From: Squalus acanthias
Taxonomy: Eukaryota
DNA length: 64,000 bases
Reading direction: 5' to 3'
NCBI GenBank assembly: GCA_030390025.1
Contig: CM059432.1
Location: forward strand, 28,460,001-28,524,000
Shown here one piece after another: positions 1 through 12,579 of this stretch (its first letter is position 1; the number at the start of each line of letters is the position of its first letter). The position numbers and the translations under genes were made by a program. Below the pieces are notes generated by a model, which had not been told where the DNA came from, made no database searches, and saw only the letters and a program-made list of their open reading frames with translations.

Positions 1-3000
1 TTTGCATGCATATAGATACCTCAAAATGAGTTTAAGGTTTGGGCAAGGTTTGTAATTTATTTGCGGTTTAGGGATATGAACTTTTGGTCTGGCTACTGCC
101 AGATATCCAATATTATCTTATCTATCATAGCTGTGGCCATTCAGTAACGTGCAGAACCTTCGTCCCCATCCCCACTCTGAGTGGGTGATTCTGTTTGTGT
201 ATGCCACTAATATGGCAGGGGAAAGCATCCCCCTTAAAATGGACCGCCTTTACCAGTCGTTTAAAAAGACTCATTCGTAAAAGTAAGTCTGAATCAGTGC
301 TGCAAAGTAACAGATGTATGGGGTGTGCACAAGGTTCTAATCATACTCGAGGGGTTTGATTGATGCTATTAACCACAAGGCAGAGTTTTCAAAAAGTTAA
401 TATTTTGAAAAATCCAGCATTTCTTCCTCCTGAGCGTTTCCTGTGGAGTTTAATCATAAGAGTTCCATTACTGACCCCAGTGTTGCCATTGAGAATGCAG
501 AGTGTTGCCATGTGATCTTCAGTCATGTGCCAGGAAGTGTTTCAAACATTGATGCATTAGACCTGGGCTTTGATAGCACCAGCTGCTGGAAGAGAAGGTT
601 TTAACGGCAGGAATGCACTTTTAGCAAGTTACAATATGTCATTATATGTAATTTAAATAAATTATTTAAGTCAGAGCAAAAGTGCTTTTAGAATCTGAAA
701 AGCATGGCAGTTTTAATTCTTGGGAATGGCAAGGGGGGGGGGGGGGGGGGTGCTTGCCACTCCTATATCCTCCTCCCAGATATGGGTGCTGTTCCCATAA
801 TCCCAACCCACTTCCCCACCTGCAAAAACTACACTAATTTAACTAATCTACTTTTTAATTCCCAACTGCCTCGCCACTACACTCACTATAACAAAACTTT
901 TCTCTTGAAAGTCAGAGGGGCAAAAATAAGTCGGAGTGGGGGAGCAGCCATTTTAGAGGATAAGAACCCTGATGTTGAAGCCATCCTTGTGACTGCCAGA
1001 ATTACGTCCCACTTTTTTTTTTAAATTTAGGAAATAGGTAGATACCTTTGAACATGTGATAGACTTTTTGTGCTGTAATTGGTTAGATAGATCATGAGGA
1101 AGACCTCAAGTTTTTAACTAACAAAAAAAAGACAAACAGCAAGGGTTCTGCAATCCAACATAGTCATAACTTTTATTTTTTTTTTTCCTTTGTTTAGCAA
1201 GACAGTATTTTCCTCTTTTACAAAAAAAGTATAGCAGAATAAGTAATTAAAGTTTTATAAAAATTCTTCATGAGGTAGTGTACTTGGCAACAAGGCTCCC
1301 TGCATTACTGTACACACACTTGGTCCCGATGCACATATCCAGCGGTTTCCTTTCAGCGAATCGTAACACTACCTCGTGATGGATTTTTTAAAAATTGCTT
1401 TAAAAAAAAAGATGTACAACACATTGAATAAGTTCCTTGACAAAACAACCTCCTCTTCTGCCACTAATATGATCAATAGCTTACATTGACTTGACGTCAA
1501 AGACATCATGCGACTTATAGCCTTCACGCACCGACATCAAATGGCACGACTATAACATTGCTCAACAACATCAGAAGAGTACATTCAATTCAAGTAAGCA
1601 CCAATGGCATTGAGTGAGTTACAAGGCAGTTACACCAATCGTAGGCTTCAGATCAGGGTTCTTACTAGGAATTTTACTCTTTTTTTTCAAAAAAGGAAAA
1701 CGACTTATCTTTAGTCCCCTCAGAGAAAAGAAAAACAAAACAGCCTTTGGTTGCAAATATTCTTTTCATCAAAAGTTCATCTCATTCTCTTATTTCTCCC
1801 TTTCTCTACCCATTTCATGTTCTATTTAGCCCCAAACAATAAATCAACTGAAAATGTCAGTGGTAGAGAGCATGATTTCAGCCTGGTAGTCTATAAAGAA
1901 GCGAGAGATATGGGGAAAAAGAAACTGAATTTTGAAACAAATCCATTGTCCAAGTCAAGCCGTGCTTCTCTCAGTACCCAAGAGCAGCAATGACAGGACT
2001 TTGAAGAGGTCACCTGCCTGCCCTCTAAGCCTAGAAATAGTGCTAGGCATAGGAGCTGAAGAACCTAAAAGGAACAAGGAGAAAAATTAAAGCTTTTTTT
2101 AAAAAAAACAGGGATTTAATTAAAAAAGTGTAAACACACAAATGGAAAACTCCACTAGAAGCAGTGCTGGGTAGCAATAATTTAAAAGGTTCATGTCACT
2201 AATGGTTTTCCGAGCCTCTCGATTTGGACCAGTATTCTTCTAGCTCACTCTGAGCCATCCTACTATTTTCTGACAGCTGTTTTAGTTTCAGTATTGAAAG
2301 TCATTACATGGTGGGATTGTTTCATTGGGAGGGGGAAAAGAGAAAGAATAGCAAGAAGAAAGATATTGGCTGTTAGTTACAACATGGAGTTTAAAACGAA
2401 TTACTGGGTTAATAAACAGCCGAGGGATACTGACTGATGTACAGTGATATTAGTGATTATGCAGGTGCTGTTCCTGTTTACTGATCAAATCAACACCTTC
2501 TCTGCTCCGCCCCTTTAGAGTCTACATTTTGGTCCAGAATTTGATCAGCTGCTCTTTCCTACTTGGCTAGAAAAAGTCCATCCAAAATATCTATAAAAAT
2601 AGAAAAGGTAGAGCTGTGCTCTCTTCTTCATTTTACTACCTTGGACATGTCAACAAGTACATTGCACAAGCCAAATACTGCCACACTTGCTCACTGCTCA
2701 GACTACAGCCAATTACCAACTTTCAAATCCATCAATGATTTGGGTCTGCTGACCGACCCCACTGTCTCGAGAGTTTTTTTTTTAAAATGCCGCTGCTTTT
2801 ATATCAAATATGATCACGCCACAACAAGACTATTTTAAATAAAGTCAAGAGCTCCTAATGATCCCATGAGAAAGTGTCATGCTGACACTCAAGAATACAT
2901 CCACTTAGAGCTTCAGCTCCAGTGCAGCTATGCCACTGAGCGCTATTTTTGCTCAACAAAATGTCACAGCCAGACTGATGCCACTTATACTTCAGCATCA

Positions 3001-3329
3001 ACTGACCCCGTCCAGAAATTGATACACTCCTCCCCTCTCTGCCGTTGCATAAAAAAATATATATTCAAGATATAAAATTTTAAAGGTAAATTTTCTTACA
3101 GAACAGGAACTGCAGCATGAGCAGAACGTACGTCCAGGTTCCAAATGATACAGTATTTTTCCAAAATAGAACGGGTTTGATTGAGTAACGCATGTGCAAC
3201 TTGGTCACCCTGTGCACTTTTATTTGGTTTAGGGAAATCCCCGCCGGATAAATACCAAACCCAGTGGAACCCAGATGTTCGCCTATTAGGTACGACTGGC
3301 TGAACATGTTCAGTTACTTTTATTCTCAC

Positions 3330-3518
3330 CCTCTGGTATGTTGCTGTCTGTCAGATTATTGGATTTGCCCGACTGTCCTGTCATACCACTGGATGGAGAG
3401 GGTAAATACCCTTGGTCAGTGGAACCATCAATCCCTGCAGCATATGCTAACCGTACAGAGCGTCTCCTACGTTTGGAATTTTCTAACCGGACGGACGGAC
3501 TGCTGGGCTGAGAAGGGC
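3330..3518 (-). CDS. PHF20L1: PHF20L1 coding exon (GPSQPSSPSVRLENSKRRRRSVRLAYAAG...SNIPE G)
   Basis: 189 nt, phase 1 to 1; acceptor cttcttcctaaag|GC; donor G|GTGAGA; RRRRSxRLA motif recalled from PHF20L1. Confidence 0.85.
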
Positions 3519-4225
3519 CTTTAGGAAGAAGAGATGCTCAATTAGCCTTTTGTTTTTAATGGTGTTAAGTTACTTGTTTTCTTTTGTTGTGGTAGCCTAT
3601 TTTAGTATCGGCTTTTGATAGTACAACGCAATACAGTGAAAGAAACAGTTGTGTTGTACCCCTTTCAACCCCTTGGTTTTTATAACAGAACATTATAAAA
3701 AGACAAGTTAGGGTGACCGATAGCTGGTTCTGTCAGTGACTATGAAAGAAAATCAATTTTAGTTGAATTTTTTTTTTAAAAACGGTTATATATTGAGGAT
3801 GATACACAGTCCAGAGTTAAGAAATCTGACTCGTTTCCTTCATGAGTAAATGTGGAATAATTCATGAAATTAAAATCAGGCTTCTATTTCCATCAGCTGT
3901 GCGCGTTTAAGTTGAGTGCATTTTTTTTTACCTTAGTAGGAACCATGATCTCAGCGTCTATGGTGCAGCCTAACCCATGAGCAGTAAAGTGGAGGAACTT
4001 GCATGCATCACATCACTTATTAAAATTACGGAAAAAATTAAAGGAAAAGCTTTACATAACTAAACATGCCGACATACCTGAAAATACCAGTTTACATGTG
4101 GTTTTCAAAGAAAAACAACAAAATCTTCATAATTCTTTCAACACAATTAACAGCCACGACTAGAAGCTAAGAAGCTCTTTGCTTTAAAACCCCTCTAGGC
4201 AAGACTCACTAAGCAACGCACTAAC

Positions 4226-4493
4226 CAGTCTGAGGGATATCTGAAGGTGGAGGTGGGGGTAATGTCTGAGGAAATTCTACATTGTGCAACTCCTTGCCCT
4301 GAGGTACAGTTGGGGTAGGAGAAGGATCTGAAGCCTTTATATTCCCGGATGGCTCCTCAGGCTTTGTTTTCCGTGCTCGGAGTTTCGCCGAAGGTGGAGA
4401 TGAAGAGAGTGGATCGCTTTTTTGATTCAGAGGACAGGAATCGCCGCTGCTCACTTCAGTCTTCAGCTGGTCAGTGGTATCAGAGGGTGGCAG
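4226..4493 (-). CDS. PHF20L1: PHF20L1 coding exon (LPPSDTTDQLKTEVSSGDSC...SAKLRARKTKPE...SDIPQT G), Ser/Pro-rich region
   Basis: 268 nt open, phase 0 to 1; acceptor ttttatctag|CTG; donor G|GTTAGT; overlaps the ORF-track entry 4221..4454. Confidence 0.85.
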
Positions 4494-5029
4494 CTAGATA
4501 AAATTAAAGGCCGACAATTAACTATGTGATGATCTCCTGGGAACAGCATTTATGGTATTAAACCTTCTGATGATTTATAGTGCCATTTTCACACCAAACG
4601 TATCAAATCAAGTTAAACACTTCAATCTAACCATATCATAATGTAAATAAAAATGTTTCATGTTTCCATACAGGTTATACAATGACCATTTTCCCCACTT
4701 CTTACACCCAGCATTGGCATTAAACACTCACTGGTAAAGTACAATATGCATTAAATCAACACCATTCTCTACACCATCTCAGGAAGCACTTCTGTATTAG
4801 AAGCACAGTATTGCTCCCAACTAGGTTAGATGTAGAAAAACCTCTCTCTATACTGCACAAATAAGAATCGCAGGTTGGGTTAGATGCAGAGTAAAGCTCC
4901 CATTACGCTTCAAAAGGACTCAAACTTTATTATGTGACTCAGATTTTTCAAATTTAATCCTTAACTTATTTTAATTTCACAACGAGTGAATGTCTCCCCA
5001 CCCAGAATATACAGCAATGTGATGAATTC

Positions 5030-5468
5030 TATTTAGTAGTCTGGCATCCACTGCCTATCCTAGTCTTATTTTTTCTCCCATCCTCTTGAACTTCTGGTGT
5101 ACAGATGCTGGCAGTCGCCAGCAAGCTAACCAAGTAGCCATTCTTCAAGTGCAAGTCTCGACACAGTGTTTTGGCAGACTACTCAATCGTGGAGGATGTC
5201 ACAACCTGCACCTGATTTGGTTCTCTACCGATGTCCAGACATGTTCACTCTCCCACATTGGTCACGAGATAGTGATCGGGACCAGGAGTCTTGGCTGATA
5301 TTTCCCCCTTTCAGAGTCAAGCGCCATTGAGGTCTATCATAGCACCCAAACTGCTGCCTGACTAAGATTGCTCATTCAGCACAGACCAGATATCAAACTC
5401 AAGATCTTCTAGTCTGTTTGACAGTGCTACACTAGATGGTGCCTTTACAAACTAGGCCATCAGGGAAG
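5030..5468 (-). mobile_element. old tRNA-derived SINE, family not assigned
   Basis: Degenerate tRNA-like head near 5468; internal similarity in the opposite orientation to the stretch at about 31915-32260. Confidence 0.4.
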
Positions 5469-5789
5469 TATTTAAAAAAAAAATTACCTCTCTCCAATTG
5501 GTTTCCTTTCTAATCTGATCTCCTTACTTTTAACCATTGAAGCCACAACCTCTTCCTCAAATAGTGCAAGATGGCACACAGAGGATCATTTATGCAAGAG
5601 CTGGACTGCCATTGTCTAAATCTTACCAGCTTTGTCAGGGCTGAGAATTTGTTTTTGACAACAAAAAACAAACCAGACCAGTTAATCTTTTGGCAATTTT
5701 TCCAACTCCAAGCTTACATCAACTCAACAAAATCTAAGGTGTCTTCTAAAATAAACCAGTCTGCAGTACATAAGCATGTGTCACTCAAG

Positions 5790-7330
5790 TTTCTCTCTCA
5801 TCTCCCCGTTCTCTCCAAACTCATCTCTCTCAAGAGACCCAGCTCCTGCTACCACATGCCCACTGAACTCCTAACTACGCAATTTTCTATCCTGACTCCA
5901 TGCTAACTGATATTGCAAATAGTTCTCACTCTTCAGTCACTGTCCCCCCGCCTTTTCAAAACTGCCCTATCTCCAACCTCCATTTCCTCTCCCAACTCCT
6001 GGAACGTGCTGTTGCCTCCTAGATATATGCCCATCTCCAGCAATTCCTTTTTGAACCCCTCCAATCAGGATTATGCCCCTTCTACCGTAACAAAACGGCC
6101 CTAACCAATGTCAAGTTACCGTGTTGCATTATCCCTCCTCAACCTCTCTGCAGCCTTCGATAGGATTGACCACACAATCCTCCACCAATGCCACTTGTCC
6201 ATTGTCCAGCTTGGAATGACTACTCTTTCTTGGTTCCATTCTTACCCATCTGATCATAGACAGGACAAGCCTATGGCTTCTCTTCCCACCCCTACATAGT
6301 CATCTACAAATTCGTCCCACCTCCTCCACAAGGATCCATCCTTGGACATCTCCTCCTCATCTATATGCTGCCACTTGGTGACATCATCCACAGACACGAG
6401 ACTAGTTTGCACATGTAGAGCAATGGTACCTAGCTCTAATTTTCCATTACCTCTCTCGACCCCTGCACTCCTTCAGACTGCTAGTCAGACATCTAGTCTT
6501 GAATGAGCTGTAACTACATCCAGCTATCCATTGGGAAGACCAAAGTCTTTGGCACCCCCTTCACAAACTTTGTACTTTCGTCACTGGCTCCATGGCCCTC
6601 CGTGGTCACTGTCTTAAGCTGATCGCAACTGTTTACACCTTGATGTCCTTCCACCCCAAGCTGAGCTTCAGACCCAAAAGCCTCTCCATCAAAAAGGCCC
6701 ACTTCCACCTCCCTAAAACTTTCTGCCTCTGCCATTACCTCAGCCCATCGGCCTTTGAAATTCTCACATGTCTTTGGCACATGCAGGCTTGATGACTCTA
6801 ATGCTCACCTGGCCAGCCTCCTGACCTGAACTCTCCATAAATTTCATGTCACCCAAAACTCTGCTGCCCACATCCTATTCCACACCAAGTCATGCTCGTT
6901 CATCATTCCCTGTGCTTGCTGACCTACATTTTCTACCCCCCACATCTCCCAATAATTCATATTTAAACTCTCATCTCTGTGCTTAAATCCCTCAGTGGAC
7001 TCGCCCCTTCCCATCTCTGTAACCCCCCTCCAGCTTTACAACCTCCTTGGAACTCTCCATTCCTCTGACTCTGGCCTCCTGTATATCCCCACCCTTCATA
7101 CCACCACTGGTGGCCTTGTCCTCAGTTTCCTAGGCCCCATGCAGTGGAATTCCCGTCCTAAACACCTGTGCCTCTCTTCCTCCCTCTGCTTCTTTAAAAC
7201 CCTCCTTAAAACCCACCACTTTGACTAAGCTTTAAGTCAACCCATCCCTTTCTCCTTACACCTCTGTGAAGCATCTTGGAATGCTTTTCTACGTTAAAGG
7301 CAAGTTCTTGTGTTTATATGTCAATGCCAT
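5790..7330 (+). mobile_element. decayed L2 LINE, 3' part (RT to tail)
   Basis: LLNLSAAFDRIDHTIL RT motif; 3' end gtgaagcatcttggaatgcttttctacgttaaaggc shared with the other L2 copies; many stops and frameshifts. Confidence 0.85.
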
Positions 7331-7539
7331 ATGTGCGGATGTTTCCATATCCTATGGGCATTACATTCCTGGTACAGGAATCTGCTTTCCTTTGAAAATT
7401 TGTTTCGAAGAGACTGTTCAAACTATAAACCTTCTAAACTCACAACACAACACTCACACAGGTTCCAGATGCCCAGGAATCAAACCACAAAAGAAATACA
7501 CAGTGCCATTCTTTAAAAGATTTTTTTTTATCAATTAAA

Positions 7540-7700
7540 AAACAAAAATGCTGGAAACACATAGTTCGGCCAGCACCTGAAAGAAAAGGTTACCATTTCA
7601 GGTAGGACCTGGTTCGGTCGGAGGGCTCTCACCTGAAAGATTAACCAGTCCCTTTTTTTTTTAAAGATGCTCAGCAATCCACAACATATTCCTATCTTTA
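7540..7700 (-). mobile_element. degenerate Penelope-type terminal-repeat fragment
   Basis: Reverse-complement resemblance to the 16699-16823 and 41767-41861 elements (aaaatgctggaa...cagca..tg..aga...ggtta...tttcaggt..gacct). Confidence 0.4.
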
Positions 7701-8624
7701 CCACCAGGTTTCACCTTTATCTTAATTTTAACCTAATTTGCTGGACAAATAACAAAACTCTTAAAATTTTAGCTTCTGCCGTGTTAGCACGACAATGCTT
7801 TTTTTTTAAAAAAAAAAACCACACATGACAAACCACGATAGGTCTGCAAGGTTGCTCATTCAAAATGGAAACTTCTAATCTGAGTTGATGTGAAATCTTA
7901 GTCTGAGTCAGCAACTTCAAACTGATCAAGTTTTCTTTGAAACCAACTTACTAACTGCAGACAACAGAAGCCAAGATATTTAATGACGTTCTTAACAGTG
8001 ATCATCATCAGGGCCACTGTTTTACAATCACGGAATAAGTCAAATTCCATTTCATCAAGTGTAATTCTGGGATTTCTTTTCAAATATATTGGGGATTACA
8101 TTCCAGGATTCTATTCATTTTTTTCTGTGGAAACCAGTAGAACTGAACAGTTTCCGAGTAAGTCAAATTCCACTTTTAGTACATGAAATTCCAGAATTTT
8201 GCAACTCGTATTCTTCAATTCTCTCCATTTTACCATTAAAACTAGAATTCACCACTTGTTTACAATTGCAGGTACTTAACTATTTAGTCTGTTCCGAGCC
8301 TTTTTACACTACATATTCTGTACTGACTAAGTCACAGAGATGGGCGTCACCTTGAGGAGGTAGCCTCGCATCATTTCAGCTGTTCACTGGTTGCAGTATA
8401 ACTACAACTGGTAGCTGCTTTTATATTGGGGCAGTTTAAACTGGATTCCGGCATCCACAAGCTGGCTCTCGGGGTTTCTACTGCTAAATCTGGCTCACTT
8501 ATCCTGGCAGCAGGCAACAAACTGGGTATATGTCAGCCTCTGGGATAAGTGAGCTCAATTCAGCTGCGTAAACAGACACCAGTCCACCAGGATCCTTAAA
8601 ATAATGGCAATATAAACACAGCTG

Positions 8625-8770
8625 GTAAGAAATACTTGAAGGGAAAAAAAATTACAGGGCTATAGGGAAAGAGCAGGGGAATGGGATTAATTGGATAGCT
8701 CTACCAAAGAGCCGGCACAGGCATGATGGGCCGAATAGCCTCCTTCTGTACTGTATAATTCTATGATTCT
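8625..8770 (+). mobile_element. CR1 LINE 3' tail fragment
   Basis: gatgggccgaatagcctccttctgtactgtataattctatgattct: CR1-type 3' hairpin plus (attctatg) tail. Confidence 0.8.
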
Positions 8771-10499
8771 AACAAGCAAACTTTAAAAACTGGATCACCT
8801 GGCACTTTTAAAAATCTTCATAGTTAACGCTAGCTATCGACTATTCTATTGGCTCCTTGCCAACATCAAAATTTACAAAACCATTGGACATTGCAGAGCT
8901 CTAATTCCCCTGACTAGAGAGGAGTGTAAAGCAGGCAGTAACTGGTAGCAGATTTAAACTGGCACCAGTAGTATAACAGCAGCTTTCATTAATAAGGTGG
9001 GTTTTGCCTGTTAATATAAACTGCGATTTGGAATATTCCAAATTCAGCTGGTCTCCAAGCTCAATAAATATCTGATCAAGATTCAGAAATACCAAATAAA
9101 AAAGATTATCAGCTGGTGTATCCATACAAAGAAGTTCTCTGAGCTAGAGAGAAAATTGAGCAATGAAACAAACCCATGACGTCTCTTCAGTTACACCACA
9201 TTGACACTACAGTAGTGAAGCATTCAGTTGGGGAAATATTAAAAGTGGTTCTGGTAAAAACTCATTATCTTCTTCAATTACACAATGTTTAATTACACAA
9301 TGTTCTAGTTAATTAAGGGCAGATAGTCCAAACAAACAGATTGATGGAAAGTTTTATAAGCATAATTGTTTGTGACAGACACTGATCAGGGCTTTCTTAC
9401 TGCAATGGTTTGTTTGATTCGTTTAACTTGGGGATGCGACTGGACACAAAGTCAAGACCCAACAAAAAGACCTTTTTCCAAACTGGCAGAATACATTCAA
9501 GGTGGCTAATGCTGTGTTTCTGTTATACAACTGCTACTCTTTTTAAAGAAATCTTAAGTTGACTCTGTCCCAATTAGCTTTCTAAATCTTGTGCTCTTCA
9601 GCAGGTTGACCACTGCATTCGCCTGCATCACTTCTCCTCCCTGGGTCTTGCAGTCTCATGCTTCCACTCCTACCTATCCCGAAGTAGTCAGCGCATCTGG
9701 AATGACATTACCTCCCACACCCATACAGTCACCTGCTGCACACCTCAAGGTTCCAACACTGCCCCCACCCCCCACCTTTCAAAGTTCCATCATTGGCTGC
9801 CTTATTTTTTCCTTCTCCATGTTGCCTCACATCATTTAGGAAGAATTGTGTGTTATAGAATTCTATTACGACTTTATAAAAAGCAGCCAATGCAATTCTG
9901 ATTCAGCTGCATTTCAGTAGAAGTTGCCAGTCCTGGATGAATTCCTGTGTTGATGTTGCCTGTACCCAGAAATTAATTGTGGCAGAAAATTATTTGATGT
10001 CTGCATAAGTCCTACTTGAAGTGTCAATGCAGGTTTGCAGACTGTGGGAAGTAGACAAAATCTTTATCTCTAATCTGGCCCAGTTAGCCATCTCGAAACA
10101 AAGAGACAATGGGGTGGAAATTCCAGTGGGGGCGTAATTGGGATGTTACACAAGAAATTACGGCCATTCGTGCACCTATTTTGCCGATGTCTATTTACAC
10201 CTAAATTTCCTGCTAATCTCATTAACACATGGCAGAATGTAAAAATGGGTGCATACAAGCGGAAATCAGCATAAAGAATCGGGAACTGAGGAACCACCAA
10301 AAGTACACCATATATTCCTTTTTTTTCCAGTATGAAAATTTAAGTTTCAAGTCTATAAATGACTATGGACTTGATATTAACATGGAGGGGGGGGGGGGGG
10401 GGGGGGGGGACAAATGTGTAAGACCTTGGGATGTGTGGGAATGTCCGATTTCAACAGGGATGCCTCATTATCATTTTACTTTTAGGTTTCGCATCTCCA

Positions 10500-12354
10500 A
10501 TGTGTGTGAGCGGGCGTGATGCGGAACTGCAGGACGTGATTTCACCTCAACTAAAGGCCCAGTTCACAGATGCAATGATGGAGGAGGTTTGAAGTTTGGT
10601 GTATTGAGTTTAGTCTTTAGTTAAGTTGAAGGAGAAAAAGGGAAGCAGGAAGGGCAAAGGATGCGTCCAGATTTAACTAGGTGTCCCTGAACATACTGCT
10701 GGGTACAGTAGGGGTGAGGAAAGAGGAAAAAAGATCTCTGTCTTCTCACACGTACTCCATTCACATCACTACTCACACCCACTTAAATTTCAGCAACGCC
10801 CATCATTTCATTTCAATGAACTTGCTCACTTCCCCCTTCCACTATTGCCACTCACCCCAATCCTTATGTAATGTGATACTACCTCAGTCAGCTCCCCCGA
10901 TTCTCAGCACATAATCTCAAATGGGACTGCCAACACGTTCCTTAAATGCCTGTCAGTGCTAGTCGTGATGCATCTGCTCGATTGTCACCTGCAATGAATG
11001 CACTGCATCCATCGGCTGCATACATGCCTTACAGCCACTCATAGGTCTGTTGTGCCACCCTTGCAGGAGAAGAGAGCACAAAATACAAGGAGGGGGAGAA
11101 GACCAGAGGCGGACCCCCACAGATCATGCAGCTCACCAATGCGGAACAGCAGGTGCTGGAGATTAGCGGCATATCAGTCGCCCTGAAAATCGGAGATGGC
11201 AAGACCAGTAATTCATTACTGCAGGGTGACAGAATTAATCCCTCAGACCTACATGTCCTACAAGACTACGTCATCTTGACATGACTTCAGCACTTAATGA
11301 AATACGATCACCTTACTCATGTGCATTTCAACACATTCCCATGATTAAATATCAGTCTCTTCTCTCCTCCAGGGCCATCACGCAAAGAACTGCAGCCCCT
11401 GCCCTTTGTTGATGAGGATTCCTGAGGAGCTCATTCCAGCTAAGGGTGAACCGGCACAGGACACATGCGTACCAGGCATCAGCGCAAATTCGAGCACTTC
11501 GGTGGACCCTCTGAGGTGGGATCACACCAGGTGAGTCACAGTTCACAAGTGAGCCAAGCAGAGGGTGGCGGTAGGGACATCTGTGGAGAATTCGCATTGG
11601 GGGGTGCAGACCTTGTCGAGCTTTGCTCAGATGAACAGAGAGGCTGAACCTGGGGTGGAGCAGGATATCAATGAAAAGGAGAGTGATAGAGAGCCAGCAG
11701 CAACTGTGCGAGGTACTGGCAGTCCAGGCACACTAACCACAATGTCGCAGAGGATGGAGGAGTTTAACTCAAACATTTATGGAGTGATGTCACAGGCCCT
11801 TACAAGATGTCTTCCATTTGAGAGAGTGACCTCCTTTGTGGAACTTGAATAGCGGCTCACTAATGAGTCTCTGCAGGCCTCGACGGCGGCCCTGAAAACT
11901 ATGAACGGCAACATGCCTACCACCTTACAAACAGACGGATTAAACGTGTGTTTCCAAGGCGTCACTGATCTCCTCCAAGCTGCTCTCTCGCAAAGAAGCA
12001 GGAGTGATGCGCCGCTGGCCCAGGAGAGGGACGATAGCGATACGGGAGATGAAAATGCAAACTCCTCTCAAAGCGTTTTCACGTCTCACCCGTTGCGCAC
12101 CCCCTCCACCCAACTCTCCTGGCAGCCCAGTCAGCCTCTGCACTGGTGCAGGTGGAGCAGTCTATGGCGGGTCCTCACGGGCTCCAACACCCAGAGGTCA
12201 TTGGCGGCGAGCACCTCAAAAGTCAGAGCAGGGATCAGAGCAGCCTGCCTCTACCTCTGTTGAAGCCACAGGGATTGCACCATGTAGAAGTGCCAGAGAA
12301 AGAAAAGCTTTGTCGTTCCCCGAAGGTACGCACATGGGTGTTTTTGAAATTTAG
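10500..12354 (+). pseudogene. Harbinger ORF2 (Myb/SANT-like DNA-binding partner) remnant, spliced
   Basis: Frameshifted exon-like segment after the acceptor ttgcag|GAG at about 11067 reading EKRAQN...TRGGPPQIMQLTNAEQQVLEI, resembling the tail of Harbinger Myb-like domains; further acceptor ctcctccag at about 11371; convergent with the transposase. Confidence 0.6.
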
Positions 12355-12579
12355 TTAATATTTAATTTATTAATCAATTTAAATTTATTCCTTTGCACCA
12401 CTTTCCCATGTTCCCCAATCTTGCATGGAGAGTGCCAGCTCTGCTTTTCATTTGTTTGGTGCTGAATGTGAGGACATGGAATTGACTGAGACCAATTGGT
12501 GCATGTGCAACAAGTGGATGGATGGTTACAGGACTGCTTGTGTAAGTGGGGGGTGGGGAATATGATAGTTACTTTGGTC

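Noticed and set aside
733..750. Long poly-G runs (also about 10387, 18948 and 47157)
   Set aside because: Simple homopolymers, length unreliable, with no supporting context
1271..1292. let-7 family miRNA gene (starts tgaggtagt)
   Set aside because: Only the first 9 nt match let-7, and the complementary arm is about 85 nt away, unlike a pre-miRNA; kept only as a hairpin and seed-site observation
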